Assembly: GCA_038065475.1 (NCBI GenBank)
Contig: JBBTQY010000008.1
Span: 6,562-70,561 of the forward strand
DNA from: Patescibacteria group bacterium
GTDB taxonomy: Bacteria > Patescibacteriota > Minisyncoccia > Ryanbacterales > GWA2-47-10b
Direction: 5' to 3'
Length of the DNA stretch: 64,000 nucleotides
In this document: piece by piece, positions 1-9,933 of the stretch
How the letters are laid out: each line of letters starts with the position of its first letter
Position numbering within the stretch: position 1 is the stretch's first letter
Program-made: the position numbers and the translations under genes
Notes under the pieces: generated by a model
Database searches by the model: none
Seen by the model: the letters and a program-made list of their open reading frames with translations, nothing else
Told to the model about the DNA's origin: nothing

Positions 1-2
1 GC

Positions 3-362
3 TTTGTCGGCATTGAAACAAATGCTGATTTTGCTCGGCACCTACGAGCACACAAAGATCCTCGCTTTACGGTCGTCGAGGGTGATGCGCGCGACGTCAA
101 AACCATACTCAAAAGCCTCGGTCTTGCGGGTGCGGATATCGTACTCTCAAGTATTCCGTTTACTTTCTTCCCATCTGCCACACGCAAAGAGCTCGTGGCG
201 AGTACCGCCTCAGTACTCAACCCAGGAGGCTCGTTTATCGTCTACCAATATTCCCCTCTCATGAGAGGATACCTTGAGAAAGAATTTTCTGAGGTACGCC
301 TCGCCTTCTCACCTCTCAATATTCCCAGTATTTTCATCATGGAGGCGCGTAAAACCTCCTAA
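3..362 (+). CDS. Phospholipid N-methyltransferase (PmtA-like SAM methyltransferase), 5'-truncated by window edge
   Basis: Frame 3 is open from the window start to TAA 360-362: FVGIETNADFARHL...VVEGDARDV...DIVLSSIPF...LNPGGSFIVYQYS...PLNIPS. This is the typical class I MTase / PmtA C-terminal pattern; absent from the ORF track because no start is in the window. Confidence 0.75.
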   Translation, partial: FVGIETNADFARHLRAHKDPRFTVVEGDARDVKTILKSLGLAGADIVLSSIPFTFFPSATRKELVASTASVLNPGGSFIVYQYSPLMRGYLEKEFSEVRLAFSPLNIPSIFIMEARKTS

Positions 363-381
363 GTAATAACACGATCCAACG

Positions 382-408
382 CAAAAACCCGCCGATGGCG
401 GGTTTTTG
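382..408. terminator. Bidirectional intrinsic terminator
   Basis: CAAAAACCCGCC-GAT-GGCGGGTTTTTG between convergent genes. Confidence 0.85.
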
Positions 409-455
409 TATACATGTGTTATCAGATGAATAATTGAGATTGACCTTTCTCTATA

Positions 456-839
456 TTAGCTAACGCGACGAGTGGCAAAAAAGTTACTGCGTACCTGGCG
501 GCTAACGCGCATCGTATCGCGTACAACAAGCCAACCTGCAGCACCAGCACCCACCATAAAGAGCTTGATCATGTGCTCGGTATTCATCATCATATCAGCC
601 CAATACCAAAGTGAATTACCAAGCGGCCTACCAGTCGAGCGGTCAAATGCATTGCGGAAAAACTCGCCAAACGACATATAGCTCTGCACGGCACTGATAA
701 CAAAAACGAGTGTCGCTACCTCGAGCGCCAAAATAGGCAATACGCGGCGCACAAACCAAATGCCGTACACGCGGCGCATGGTGCGCCCTTGAAGTTTGCG
801 TGCATGAAGATCCGTTGTCATATGTTGTGAGTGATCCAT
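456..839 (-). CDS. Two-TM membrane protein, possible anti-sigma factor
   Basis: 127 aa with two hydrophobic segments, 4 bp downstream of the ECF sigma gene. Confidence 0.6.
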   Translation of the reverse strand: MDHSQHMTTDLHARKLQGRTMRRVYGIWFVRRVLPILALEVATLVFVISAVQSYMSFGEFFRNAFDRSTGRPLGNSLWYWADMMMNTEHMIKLFMVGAGAAGWLVVRDTMRVSRQVRSNFFATRRVS

Positions 840-843
840 AAGT

Positions 844-1395
844 TTATATTGAAATTGCGAGCTCCTTCATCATCCGCTTTGCGCGAAAGAGTCGCATCTT
901 GAGCGTCGAGAGTGACATTTTTTCCTCTCGGGCTATATCTGCGTATGATTTGTCTTCTATATAGTATGCCTCTACCACGCGGCGCAAATCAGCAGGCAAC
1001 CTATCAAGCATTTTTTCTGCTGTCATTTTTTGGTCGAGCGCAGTCGAGAGCACCTCATCAACTCCAAGGTTCTCATAGTGATCGGGCTCCAAAAGCGTAA
1101 AACGTTCGCGTTCACGCTTGAGTTTACGGTAGTGTGAAATTGCTTTATTGAGCACCACGCGGTACGCCCAACTCTTAAAGCTCGCGCCCTCCTGTTTTTT
1201 AAACTTGGTCGCATTGCGATAAATATCACAAAATGCTTCCTGCACAATATCTTCGGCTTCTTGTGGGTTACGCACTACACCGTACGCAACACGTAAAAAG
1301 GGTCTTTGATATTTTTCAACAAGCAAAGAAAACTGCCCCGGGTCATCGAGTGATGCCAATAGCACTTCTTCATCGCGTTGTAGGGTTTCGTTCAT
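844..1395 (-). CDS. ECF-family RNA polymerase sigma factor
   Basis: Region 2 (AEDIVQEAF...FKSWAYRVVLNKAISHYRK) and region 4 (SYADIA...TLKMRLFRAK). Confidence 0.92.
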   Translation of the reverse strand: MNETLQRDEEVLLASLDDPGQFSLLVEKYQRPFLRVAYGVVRNPQEAEDIVQEAFCDIYRNATKFKKQEGASFKSWAYRVVLNKAISHYRKLKRERERFTLLEPDHYENLGVDEVLSTALDQKMTAEKMLDRLPADLRRVVEAYYIEDKSYADIAREEKMSLSTLKMRLFRAKRMMKELAISI

Positions 1396-1471
1396 GAAAA
1401 TATGCTGGGTCCTCTCTCTACACAGTGTATAACGACCTATCCAAAAAGAAAGTCACGAGGCGTAATCTCTT

Positions 1472-2161
1472 TTATTTTAAAGGCTTTTTCCGCTCGTCAG
1501 ATACGATGGTGCCATCAACCAAGGTTATAATGCGGCCCGCAAACGCCGCATATTCGGGTTCATGGGTTACCATGATAATCGTCTGGTCACTCTTCTCATG
1601 AAGGTCACGAAATGCCTCCATGACGCGCAAACCATTGGCAGAATCAAGATTTGCAGTCGGTTCATCAGCAAAAAGAATTTGCGGCTCATGCGCAATGGCG
1701 CGTGCGATACTCACCCGCTGCTGCTGACCACCCGAGAGCTGGCTGGGTAAATTGTGTTTTTTATCAACCATACCAATGCGTTCGAGTGCGAGCGATGCCT
1801 TAAGATATGCCTCTGGAGTCGTGAGGCCCTGCATAATGATCGGCAGGGCAACATTCTCAAGCGCAGTAAGCTCAGGCAAAAGCGCATAGTCTTGAAATAC
1901 ATATCCAAGTTTCGCAAGACGAATATCGGTCTTTTCTTGCAGTGAGAGCTCACCTGTCCGCACTTCATCAAGAATCACCTCTCCTGAGGTCGGCTCATCG
2001 AGTAGTGAGAGCTGGTAGAGCAGCGTTGATTTGCCAGAACCTGACGGCCCAATGATCGCCACAAATTCCCCCGTTTTAATCTCAAAGTTAAGACCTTTGA
2101 GCACCACGAGTTCGAGCTCGCCCGAGCCATAACTTTTTACAAGTTTTTCTGTTCTGATCAT
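1472..2161 (-). CDS. ABC transporter ATP-binding protein (MacB/LolD type)
   Basis: GPSGSGKST, LSGGQQQRV, ADEPTANLD, VTHE. Confidence 0.95.
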   Translation of the reverse strand: MIRTEKLVKSYGSGELELVVLKGLNFEIKTGEFVAIIGPSGSGKSTLLYQLSLLDEPTSGEVILDEVRTGELSLQEKTDIRLAKLGYVFQDYALLPELTALENVALPIIMQGLTTPEAYLKASLALERIGMVDKKHNLPSQLSGGQQQRVSIARAIAHEPQILFADEPTANLDSANGLRVMEAFRDLHEKSDQTIIMVTHEPEYAAFAGRIITLVDGTIVSDERKKPLK

Positions 2162-2163
2162 GA

Positions 2164-3432
2164 TTACCTTCCTAAAATAGAATCGAGCGTATTTTTGCGA
2201 ACAATAAGCTTTGCAGGAATATAACCAGCAATCAATGTAACGGTGAGCAAAATAGCAATACGAATGGCCGCACCTTCAGCAGTCGCTACCAAAATGCCGT
2301 CAGAGAAAGGAAAATCGATAGGGTGCACATCAAAGTACGGCTTGAGAATGCCGAAAGTTAATATGACACCGATCAACGATCCGATAACTCCGTAGAAAAG
2401 CGCTTGGAAAATATAAGAAAACTGTATCGCCTGTGGGCTGATGCCGATACCTTTCATAATGCCGATAAATTTTCGCTTGGTCACCGCGTTGATAAAAATC
2501 ACAATAAATACCGTGATTGATGCCACAATGAGCGCAACCGACGAGAGCGCATTGCCTAAAATACTAAAGGTCTGCTCGATATCGCGTAGAAATGATGGGA
2601 TGGCTTCATCAGTCGTCTGAATGCGCGCCGCGTGCCCCTCCATAAAATCTTTTGTCTCCGCTACTAAGGTTGGTGCATATTCATAATCAGTCCTGATGGC
2701 GATTGATTGTACCTGCTCTTTATTGACCGGCAAAAGCTTCTTGAGCTCTTTGTCAGTAATAAAAGCGCGCGTTGATATTTCATCAACTTTACTCTTTACA
2801 ATTCCTTTGATGATAAATTCTTTGCTAACAACGCCTCCCCCCGCGCGCGAAAAGCTAACGCGCACGCGACTGCCAATATCAACATCTTCTAGAAGCGTTA
2901 GACCGGGAATGTTTGCATCGGCAAATGAAGAATATTTTTTTATCATGTTCGCACCGATGAGTATATATCCCTCCTCTCCCTCGTTGAGATGTTCGCCGTA
3001 TTTGAGAAAGCGTGAAAAACCAGTCACCACCTCTTCCCGCGCAGGATCAATACCGGTCAGTGAAATACCAATGCGATTTGCGCGCTCGTTTTTGCCAGGC
3101 AAGTCGGTAAGCGTACCGAGTAATTGCACGCCCACAGAATATCGCGGCGAGATGGCTTCTACCTTTGGATGGCTCTCGAGAAAAGAAATGAGCGCTGGCG
3201 AATTTTCGATATAATCACGGCCATCAGCTGATGTGACAAGCACCTCTCCTGAGTATGCCTCGCGAAACTGTTTGAATGAGCCAGAAATAAGCCCGACCAA
3301 CAACCCCGAGACAACCACGAGGTTGAGAAATGTCAGAATCATGACAAAGATAATAAGCGTTGTAGTTCCCTTACCCGAGCGCCTGAGCTGCCGCAAAGCA
3401 AGAAAGAAACCGACGCGCAGCGAAAGAAGCAT
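2164..3432 (-). CDS. ABC transporter permease (FtsX/MacB family)
   Basis: N-terminal TM, large extracytoplasmic loop, three C-terminal TMs, KRKFIGIMKGIG motif. Confidence 0.9.
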   Translation of the reverse strand: MLLSLRVGFFLALRQLRRSGKGTTTLIIFVMILTFLNLVVVSGLLVGLISGSFKQFREAYSGEVLVTSADGRDYIENSPALISFLESHPKVEAISPRYSVGVQLLGTLTDLPGKNERANRIGISLTGIDPAREEVVTGFSRFLKYGEHLNEGEEGYILIGANMIKKYSSFADANIPGLTLLEDVDIGSRVRVSFSRAGGGVVSKEFIIKGIVKSKVDEISTRAFITDKELKKLLPVNKEQVQSIAIRTDYEYAPTLVAETKDFMEGHAARIQTTDEAIPSFLRDIEQTFSILGNALSSVALIVASITVFIVIFINAVTKRKFIGIMKGIGISPQAIQFSYIFQALFYGVIGSLIGVILTFGILKPYFDVHPIDFPFSDGILVATAEGAAIRIAILLTVTLIAGYIPAKLIVRKNTLDSILGR

Positions 3433-3433
3433 A

Positions 3434-4975
3434 TTATTGCAAGATAATCATATCGCCCTCGGCAAGGCCGCCCGTGATCTCAGTAAAGCCGTCAGAACCT
3501 CGAAGACCAAGGAAAACTTCTACCTCGCGAGCATCTTCGATTTTTGATCCCACCATGACAAAGCGCTTGCCATCACGCGACTTAATAAACCGCTGTGGAA
3601 TTGCGAGAACCCCCGCGTTGCGCTTGCTCTCAATATCGATAGCCGCTGTCATACCCGATCTGATGCGATCATCTTTTTTAGCAAACTGCAATTCGATTTT
3701 ATAGGTAGAGACACTATCGATGACAGTTTCAGCCGGATCAATACGTACCACGCGTGCTTCAAACGGATTTTCGGTGCCATAAGCATCAAGAATAACGCGA
3801 GCTGACTGCCCGAGCGAAACCTTTGCAATATCGGCCTCGGGAATATTTGCCTCAATCTCAAAATCTGACGCACTGATAAGTGAGATAAGACTGGTACCAG
3901 CACTCACAAACTCGCCAGCATCAGCATCTTGTTTTGAGATGACGCCGGAGATAGGTGCAACAATGACAGTTTTTCCAAGTTGCGCGCGAATGTTATCGGC
4001 AGCTGCCTGGGCTCGTTCAACCTCAGCCTCGCCACTCAAAATTTCCTCAGCAGTACTTCCGGCTTTCTTTATTGAAAGCTCACGTTCGGAGACAACCAAT
4101 GCGGTCTCTGCGGCACGCAACTTCTCTTCTGCTGCAGATAGGTTAGAGATCGCAGTATTGACATTGGTACGAGCAGTTGCAATGTCTGTTTTATACCCAT
4201 CAATAGTAGTTTGCGTAATACCTGAATTAGGAGTCAGCGCATTTACTGCTTTTGCTGCATTGTCCAAGAAACGTTTGGTGGTATCCAAATTTTCCTTGAC
4301 CATCTGTATAAACGAATTGTCATCGATGTTTATGGTTTTTGCACGCCATTGCGTAAATAAAATCTCAAGCGCCACACGTCCGGATTTTATGTCAGCCTCG
4401 AGTTGCTGATCTCCGGTAGCAAAGGTAAGTTGGATCGATGATGTTCGCGGGTTGGTAAAAAGCTGATCAGCTTTGCCAGTTAATGCATCGTCCGCTTTTG
4501 TGTACGCTTCAGCAAGAACATTTTGCAGATTAACACGCGCATTTGCCACTGACGCTTTTGAGCTCGCTACTTTTGATTCATAAAGAGCAATATCTTCCGC
4601 ACGCGTGCCGCGCTTGAGCTCGGCGAGTTTTGCCTCCGCCGATTTTACGCTTGCCTCTGCCTCACGTAATTGTGCCGTAAGATCGCCCGCCGAAAGAGTT
4701 GCCAGACGCGTACCCGCAGATACAATATCACCTACTCTCACGTAGGAGGCGACGACACGCCCACCAACCTCAAACCCAAGGTCAACGGTGCTTGCTGGCT
4801 TTACCTGGCCGGAAATATTTACCTTTTGGACAACATCTCTGCGAACAACGTTAGCTGTCTCAGCATCGCCATTACCGCCCCCACCCAAGACAAAAGACCC
4901 GCCAATAGTTGCGAGTACGGCAACACCTACGATCCACTTGGTTCTGCGTGAAAGTTTTTTAAATCGTGCAATCAT
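3434..4975 (-). CDS. Membrane fusion / periplasmic adaptor protein (HlyD/MacA family)
   Basis: N-terminal TM, split lipoyl halves (VRVGDIVSAG; IVAPISGVI), long coiled coil, beta-barrel (IPEADIAKV...G). Confidence 0.9.
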   Translation of the reverse strand: MIARFKKLSRRTKWIVGVAVLATIGGSFVLGGGGNGDAETANVVRRDVVQKVNISGQVKPASTVDLGFEVGGRVVASYVRVGDIVSAGTRLATLSAGDLTAQLREAEASVKSAEAKLAELKRGTRAEDIALYESKVASSKASVANARVNLQNVLAEAYTKADDALTGKADQLFTNPRTSSIQLTFATGDQQLEADIKSGRVALEILFTQWRAKTINIDDNSFIQMVKENLDTTKRFLDNAAKAVNALTPNSGITQTTIDGYKTDIATARTNVNTAISNLSAAEEKLRAAETALVVSERELSIKKAGSTAEEILSGEAEVERAQAAADNIRAQLGKTVIVAPISGVISKQDADAGEFVSAGTSLISLISASDFEIEANIPEADIAKVSLGQSARVILDAYGTENPFEARVVRIDPAETVIDSVSTYKIELQFAKKDDRIRSGMTAAIDIESKRNAGVLAIPQRFIKSRDGKRFVMVGSKIEDAREVEVFLGLRGSDGFTEITGGLAEGDMIILQ

Positions 4976-4986
4976 TGTCCTTTATC

Positions 4987-5400
4987 CTAGCGTATTTTGT
5001 CTTTTTTCAAAAGCCCTGCCACACGAAAACTTATGTACGCCAAAAGCGCCAATTGGATAATAGGTGTGATACCTACATCGAGACATGGAAGAGTAGGCAT
5101 CCATGACGAGTAACTCCATCGTAAGGTTGCAAGCGCAAAAAGCTCGAGCCCGATAGCAAATGCAAAAAGTCCCCCGAGGGTGACATCAAGACGATTTTTA
5201 AATGGCTTAACCCATATATAGAGTACAGCTGCGACAAGAGTAACAAATGCATCAAAAAGAGCCGCCTTCATTAATAGAAGCTCAGTGATGGTACCGCCCT
5301 GATAGTGCACGTAGAGATACGAATGCACGTTTTCCCACAAAAGATTGAGAAAAAATGCGGCGATAAACACTATGATAAGTTGTTTGATGTGTGTATGCAT
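4987..5400 (-). CDS. Hypothetical 4-TM membrane protein
   Basis: 137 aa hydrophobic ORF, LNLLWENVHSYLY and WSYSSWMP motifs. Confidence 0.7.
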   Translation of the reverse strand: MHTHIKQLIIVFIAAFFLNLLWENVHSYLYVHYQGGTITELLLMKAALFDAFVTLVAAVLYIWVKPFKNRLDVTLGGLFAFAIGLELFALATLRWSYSSWMPTLPCLDVGITPIIQLALLAYISFRVAGLLKKDKIR

Positions 5401-5443
5401 TGACCATTCTTATACCATTTTTCACATAAAAGGTCAATGACTT

Positions 5444-5517
5444 TGGTGGACCTGCGGAGAATCGAACTCCGACCTCATCCATGCCATGGATGCATTCTAC
5501 CACTGAACTACAGGCCC
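5444..5517 (-). tRNA. tRNA-Ala(GGC)
   Basis: GGGCCTG/CAGGTCC acceptor with G3:U70, anticodon arm CATCC-ATGGCAT-GGATG, GTTCGATTC T-loop, encoded CCA. Confidence 0.95.
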
Positions 5518-5575
5518 TTTTTTCTTGATAAAACTACTCTACACAAAAACAGTATATAAAAAAAGTCAGCCGCGC

Positions 5576-5941
5576 TTACGCGAGACCGGCTGACATGATG
5601 GAAGCATTCTCGAGCATGACTGCCACATGCTCGAGCTCGATGCACACGCGCTCATGTCCGAGCGACGTACAGATCAACTTGAAATGAAACCCCACGCCGA
5701 TATAGAACGTCACGCGCGGATCAGCATGCCCGAGAAAGAAATCCTCCGCAGCAAGACATGCGCGGATGTGCTGCGCTACACTGCCCTGCAGTACTGGCAA
5801 TCCATCGGCACGACCTTGACGTCGCTCGGACTCCTCCATGAACGCGACCGCGTCAGTAATCGCCCGGTAGGCGATCTCTCGGCGAGCATCCTCGACTTGG
5901 GCGGCACGTCGTTCATACTCTTCTCTGGTTAGGGAGCTCAT
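5576..5941 (-). CDS. Orphan hypothetical protein (121 aa)
   Basis: ATG at 5941 preceded by SD GAGGAGGG; the longer track ORF runs into tRNA-Arg. Confidence 0.6.
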   Translation of the reverse strand: MSSLTREEYERRAAQVEDARREIAYRAITDAVAFMEESERRQGRADGLPVLQGSVAQHIRACLAAEDFFLGHADPRVTFYIGVGFHFKLICTSLGHERVCIELEHVAVMLENASIMSAGLA

Positions 5942-6006
5942 CTTTCCCTCCTCAAAACTATTCTGCGTGCATTCGTAGCACAAAAAATATCTTACCTCAA
6001 TACGTG

Positions 6007-6078
6007 TGTCCCCGGCAGGAATCGAACCTACATCCACTCCTTAGGACGGAGTTGTTCTGTCCATTGAACTACGGAGAC
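6007..6078 (-). tRNA. tRNA-Arg(CCT)
   Basis: GTCTCCG/CGGGGAC acceptor, ACTCC-GTCCTAA-GGAGT anticodon arm, GGTTCGATTCC. Confidence 0.92.
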
Positions 6079-6150
6079 ATTGAATCCCGACGCTTTAGTC
6101 GGGACCCCGACTTCATTATCATATATATGATGCGTCGGGGCTACGGAGAC
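6079..6150 (-). repeat. Partial duplicate of tRNA-Arg 5' end interrupted by a 56-nt double-hairpin insertion
   Basis: Minus strand reads GTCTCCGTAG-[CCCCGAC..GTCGGGG TCCCGAC..GTCGGGA]-TTCAAT directly before the intact GTCTCCGTAGTTCAAT. Confidence 0.8.
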
Positions 6151-6196
6151 GCGTTATCGCTTCTTTATAGCACGCTCTTTTGATATAGTGAAAGTA

Positions 6197-7243
6197 ATGT
6201 CTCACGAAGAAGAAGTTATCCGTGCGGTAGAAAAAATCTTACCGTCGGTCGTATCGATCACCATCTCCAAGCATGCAGATTTTGTAAATCGCATGCTGCC
6301 GATTGATGGCATCGCCCCCGAACTACCAAAAGACGCTGACGGCAACATTCGCCTCGGCGGCGGTTCGGGTTTTATCATTTCCAATGACGGCCTCGTACTT
6401 ACCAACAAGCACGTCATTGTAGATCCTGAAGCTCAATATGCGATCTTTGATCAAAATGGCACTAGAAGTGACGTGCAGATTTTGGCGCGTGACCCTATCC
6501 ATGATGTCGCCATCCTCAAGATGACTCCTCCCGCCAATTTTTCTGCCGTGCCACTCGGTAATTCACGAAATCTCCGACTGGGACAGACAGTCATCGCCAT
6601 CGGCAATGCGCTCGGCGAATTTCAAAGCTCAGTATCGACTGGCGTGGTCTCGGGCCTCTCGCGCTTCATTACCGCCGTCAGTGACATGTCAGGGCATCAC
6701 GAGCGCTTGCGCGGACTCATCCAGACTGATGCTGCTATCAATCCAGGTAACTCAGGCGGCCCTCTTATCAATTTGCACGGCGAGATAATCGGTATCAATG
6801 CAGCAGTCGTCTTTGGTGCGCAAAACATCGGCTTTGCGATACCTATTGAAAAAGCAGCGCGCGATCTTAATGATATTCAAAAATATGGCCGCATCCGCCG
6901 ACCTTTCTTGGGGGTACGATATCTATTGGTCAATAGCGCCATCCAAAAACAATTTGGCCTGCCAATAAACTACGGCGCCTTTGTGGTACGCGAAATGGTA
7001 CCGGGCGACCACGCCATCATCCCCGATAGCCCCGCAGACAAGGCAGGCATTCGCGAAGGAGATATTCTTCTTGCCTGCAATGGTAAATCAATCAACGAAA
7101 AAACTTCGCTCGAAGACATGCTTGAGAACACAAACCCTGGTGATACCCTCACCTTCTCAATATTGCGAGGCAATGAAAAGCTCTCGATAACTGTTGAGCT
7201 TAAAGAGCGGCGCGAAGTTAAGCCGGAGGCGCCTCGAGAATAA
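6197..7243 (+). CDS. htrA: HtrA/DegP-family serine protease with one PDZ domain
   Basis: GSGFII, TNKHV, IQTDAAINPGNSGGPL, PDZ (SPADKAGIREGD). ATG 6197 follows TGATATAGT; the track starts at GTG 6188. Confidence 0.93.
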   Translation: MSHEEEVIRAVEKILPSVVSITISKHADFVNRMLPIDGIAPELPKDADGNIRLGGGSGFIISNDGLVLTNKHVIVDPEAQYAIFDQNGTRSDVQILARDPIHDVAILKMTPPANFSAVPLGNSRNLRLGQTVIAIGNALGEFQSSVSTGVVSGLSRFITAVSDMSGHHERLRGLIQTDAAINPGNSGGPLINLHGEIIGINAAVVFGAQNIGFAIPIEKAARDLNDIQKYGRIRRPFLGVRYLLVNSAIQKQFGLPINYGAFVVREMVPGDHAIIPDSPADKAGIREGDILLACNGKSINEKTSLEDMLENTNPGDTLTFSILRGNEKLSITVELKERREVKPEAPRE

Positions 7244-7357
7244 TCTCGTGCAATCGAGCACCACAGTTTTAATGCCCTCAACGAACAGATACACAAACTT
7301 GACGGAAAGCTCTAAAAAAGGCAATATCTAAAAGGAATTTCGGCGAAAAAGGAGCAT

Positions 7358-7804
7358 GTGATGAATAAAGTTGGGAAGCTTCTTCTGCTTGGGCTTTTCC
7401 TGGCAAGCGCCGCAGAAGCTCGTGCAAGCGAGGTCACTCTTTGCTTTGAAAAAGATGGGACTGCTACCATCGTCAACGAAGGTACTCAACGCTGCAACGA
7501 CGAAACACCTACACTTGTGTTGCAGGCACTTCCACTCTGCATCGTCATCAACGGAGAGCGATCGTGTGAGGATCTTCCGCTGCGCGATGCGGTAGATCAA
7601 GCAAATACCGAAGTACGTAGAAGCATCCTCCCAGATAAGGGCGCTCCCGATGCAAATGGTGCTTCATTCCTTGCAGAAGTCAACTCTGCGCCGTCGATGC
7701 GATTCCGAATTGCTTCGATCTGCAAAGTAATTGGACTTCATGGAATGCGTTCTGGCGCCCAGCGCATCGTGCTAGTTCCTACGGTAGAAGACTGCCCCTA
7801 CTAA
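7358..7804 (+). CDS. Secreted Cys-containing hypothetical protein
   Basis: Signal peptide (LLLLGLFLASAAEARA), SD AAGGAG, TTGACG promoter upstream, hairpin plus T-run downstream. Confidence 0.7.
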   Translation: MMNKVGKLLLLGLFLASAAEARASEVTLCFEKDGTATIVNEGTQRCNDETPTLVLQALPLCIVINGERSCEDLPLRDAVDQANTEVRRSILPDKGAPDANGASFLAEVNSAPSMRFRIASICKVIGLHGMRSGAQRIVLVPTVEDCPY

Positions 7805-7847
7805 GCCAACTATCGGTTGGCTTTTTTTCTTTTTAATCTTATTTTGC

Positions 7848-8183
7848 TCACATAAGAATAATCTCGCGGAGACGCGCGCCACGCAAACGCGGCACCAAAT
7901 GGGTGATGCCGTCTTTTTCCTCTATATCAAACTTTTCTTTGTCACCGAGCGGCACACACTCCCCGCCCGCGCAATCGAGCGCCAGATATCCATCGCCAGG
8001 CTCGCCATCATATTCAATCTCATCGGCGCGTACAATCCATGATCCTTGCAGGTATGGTGTATGCGGATCTTTTTTCTCAAACATGTCTTTATAGATAGCG
8101 ACGCCATCACGCACAAAACCTTTGGGGTTTCCTATAAACCCGTGTCGATATCCCAGATGTAACTTTTCTTCCGTCCCCTCCAT
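7848..8183 (-). CDS. Hypothetical protein
   Basis: 111 aa ORF co-oriented with the upstream operon. Confidence 0.6.
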   Translation of the reverse strand: MEGTEEKLHLGYRHGFIGNPKGFVRDGVAIYKDMFEKKDPHTPYLQGSWIVRADEIEYDGEPGDGYLALDCAGGECVPLGDKEKFDIEEKDGITHLVPRLRGARLREIILM

Positions 8184-8192
8184 GCAATCAGC

Positions 8193-8885
8193 CTAAAACA
8201 CGCCGAGTACGCTACGCAAAAATGCACCAACACCATACGCAATGGCTGCGGCAAATCCTCCAATAACAAGTATCTCGAGACCCGAGAATATAAATGATCG
8301 CTTGGTGATGAGTGATCGCAAAGCTCCTAATATAAAAAGTACCGCACCGGTCGATACAATTGAGTAAAGAAAGATGTTGGAAACATTTGAAACAAAAAAG
8401 AAAGGAAGTACGGGTAACAACCCCGCACCTACAAATGCCACGAATGTCAGCACCGAACCTAAAACGACAGGCCCACGCTCATGTCCTGACATATCGAACT
8501 CCTCGTGCATCAAAAGATCTGCAAAAAATGCTTTATTCTTAAACATAAGGCGTGCCAAAGACTCTGAATCGGCCTCTGAATATCCCTCTTCGCGCAAAAG
8601 CTGGGTCATCTCTCCCCGCTCGGCATCTGGGTCCTGGGCGATCTCAAGCTCTTCATCACGATATCCTTTTGCTATCACGTCGCGCTCAGATTTTGAGCCG
8701 AGATAATTTGATACAGCCATAGAAAAACCGTCGGCGAGCACATTGGCAACGCCGAGCAATATAATAGTCATACGCGGATCAGCGAGCTCAGCGCCCGCTA
8801 CCCCTGCAATAATAGCAAAGGTAGTGATAACGCCATCGTTAGCGCCATAAACAACGTCTTTGATATAGCGCCCGCTCGCTTTCAT
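8193..8885 (-). CDS. VIT1/CCC1 family iron/manganese transporter
   Basis: DVVYGANDGVITTFAIIAG, ADGFSMAVSNYLG motifs. Confidence 0.93.
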   Translation of the reverse strand: MKASGRYIKDVVYGANDGVITTFAIIAGVAGAELADPRMTIILLGVANVLADGFSMAVSNYLGSKSERDVIAKGYRDEELEIAQDPDAERGEMTQLLREEGYSEADSESLARLMFKNKAFFADLLMHEEFDMSGHERGPVVLGSVLTFVAFVGAGLLPVLPFFFVSNVSNIFLYSIVSTGAVLFILGALRSLITKRSFIFSGLEILVIGGFAAAIAYGVGAFLRSVLGVF

Positions 8886-9122
8886 TTACTTGATACCCAA
8901 CATTTCCCGCAATCTGCGTTCATCAAAACCAACAATCATGGTGCCATCAACTTCGATGACGGGCACACCCATCTGTCCGGTGCGCATGATCATCTCATCG
9001 CGCTTGGCCATATCGGTCATGACATTGTGCTCGGTATACGGAATATTGTGCTTTTGAAACATGTCTTTAGCCTTGCGGCAGTAAACGCATGAGGGGGTGG
9101 TGTAGATAGAAACTTTCTTCAT
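8886..9122 (-). CDS. Glutaredoxin-like NrdH-redoxin
   Basis: YTTPSCVYC, GQMGVPVI, IVGFD. Confidence 0.92.
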   Translation of the reverse strand: MKKVSIYTTPSCVYCRKAKDMFQKHNIPYTEHNVMTDMAKRDEMIMRTGQMGVPVIEVDGTMIVGFDERRLREMLGIK

Positions 9123-9185
9123 ATGTGCCCATTATACACGACCCTGTAACTCTGTAAAAACACCTCTCCATGCTACGATACCTGC

Positions 9186-9869
9186 ATGTATCGCTTCCAA
9201 ACCTACACCAAACCGTGGATAAAAAAAGAAACCCCTACCGAAAAAGAAAAACGTACGGCTGAGATTTTCCGGAGACTCAAAAAAACGTATCCCCAGGCAA
9301 CCATAGCGCTTACCTACAAAACACATTTTGAGCTTTTGGTCGCGGTCATTCTATCGGCCCAATGCACTGATAAAAAAGTAAACGAAATCACACCAGCTCT
9401 TTTTAAAAAATATCCATCGGTACGTGCATTTGCTCGTGCAAATATTATTGAACTCGAAGGATTCATCCGCCAATCAGGTTTTTATCACAACAAAGCAAAA
9501 AGTATTATCGGCGCTGCCAAAAAAATCGAAGCGGATTTTGACAGCGAGGTACCGCGCACCATGAAAGAGATACTCACGGTGCCTGGCATTGCACGCAAAA
9601 GCGCCAATGTCGTGCTCGGCAACGCTTATGGCGTTGTTGATGGTATTGCCGTCGATACCCATGTGAGTCGTATTGCTCAGCGCTGGGCACTCACTGACTC
9701 AGATAAACCAGTAAAGATCGAGCAAGATCTCATGGCGCTCTTACCAAAAAAAGAATGGTTCAGCGCTACGTACAGAATCATCGACCACGGTCGTGCTATC
9801 TGTAAAGCACAGCGCCCCGAATGCGCGCGCTGCCCACTCAAAGATATTTGCCCTTCGTCGCTCGTTTAA
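9186..9869 (+). CDS. nth: Endonuclease III
   Basis: ILSAQCTD, HhH VPGIARKSANVV, AVDTHV, C-x6-C-x2-C-x5-C Fe-S motif. Confidence 0.96.
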   Translation: MYRFQTYTKPWIKKETPTEKEKRTAEIFRRLKKTYPQATIALTYKTHFELLVAVILSAQCTDKKVNEITPALFKKYPSVRAFARANIIELEGFIRQSGFYHNKAKSIIGAAKKIEADFDSEVPRTMKEILTVPGIARKSANVVLGNAYGVVDGIAVDTHVSRIAQRWALTDSDKPVKIEQDLMALLPKKEWFSATYRIIDHGRAICKAQRPECARCPLKDICPSSLV

Positions 9870-9933
9870 AAATAAAAAGACCCTGCGAAATGTTCTTCGC
9901 AGGGCCCATGTGAGCCCCTGGTGGGGGCGTGTT

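Noticed and set aside
4-264. Track ORF 4-264
   Set aside because: The overlapping frame 3-362 gives a recognisable methyltransferase.
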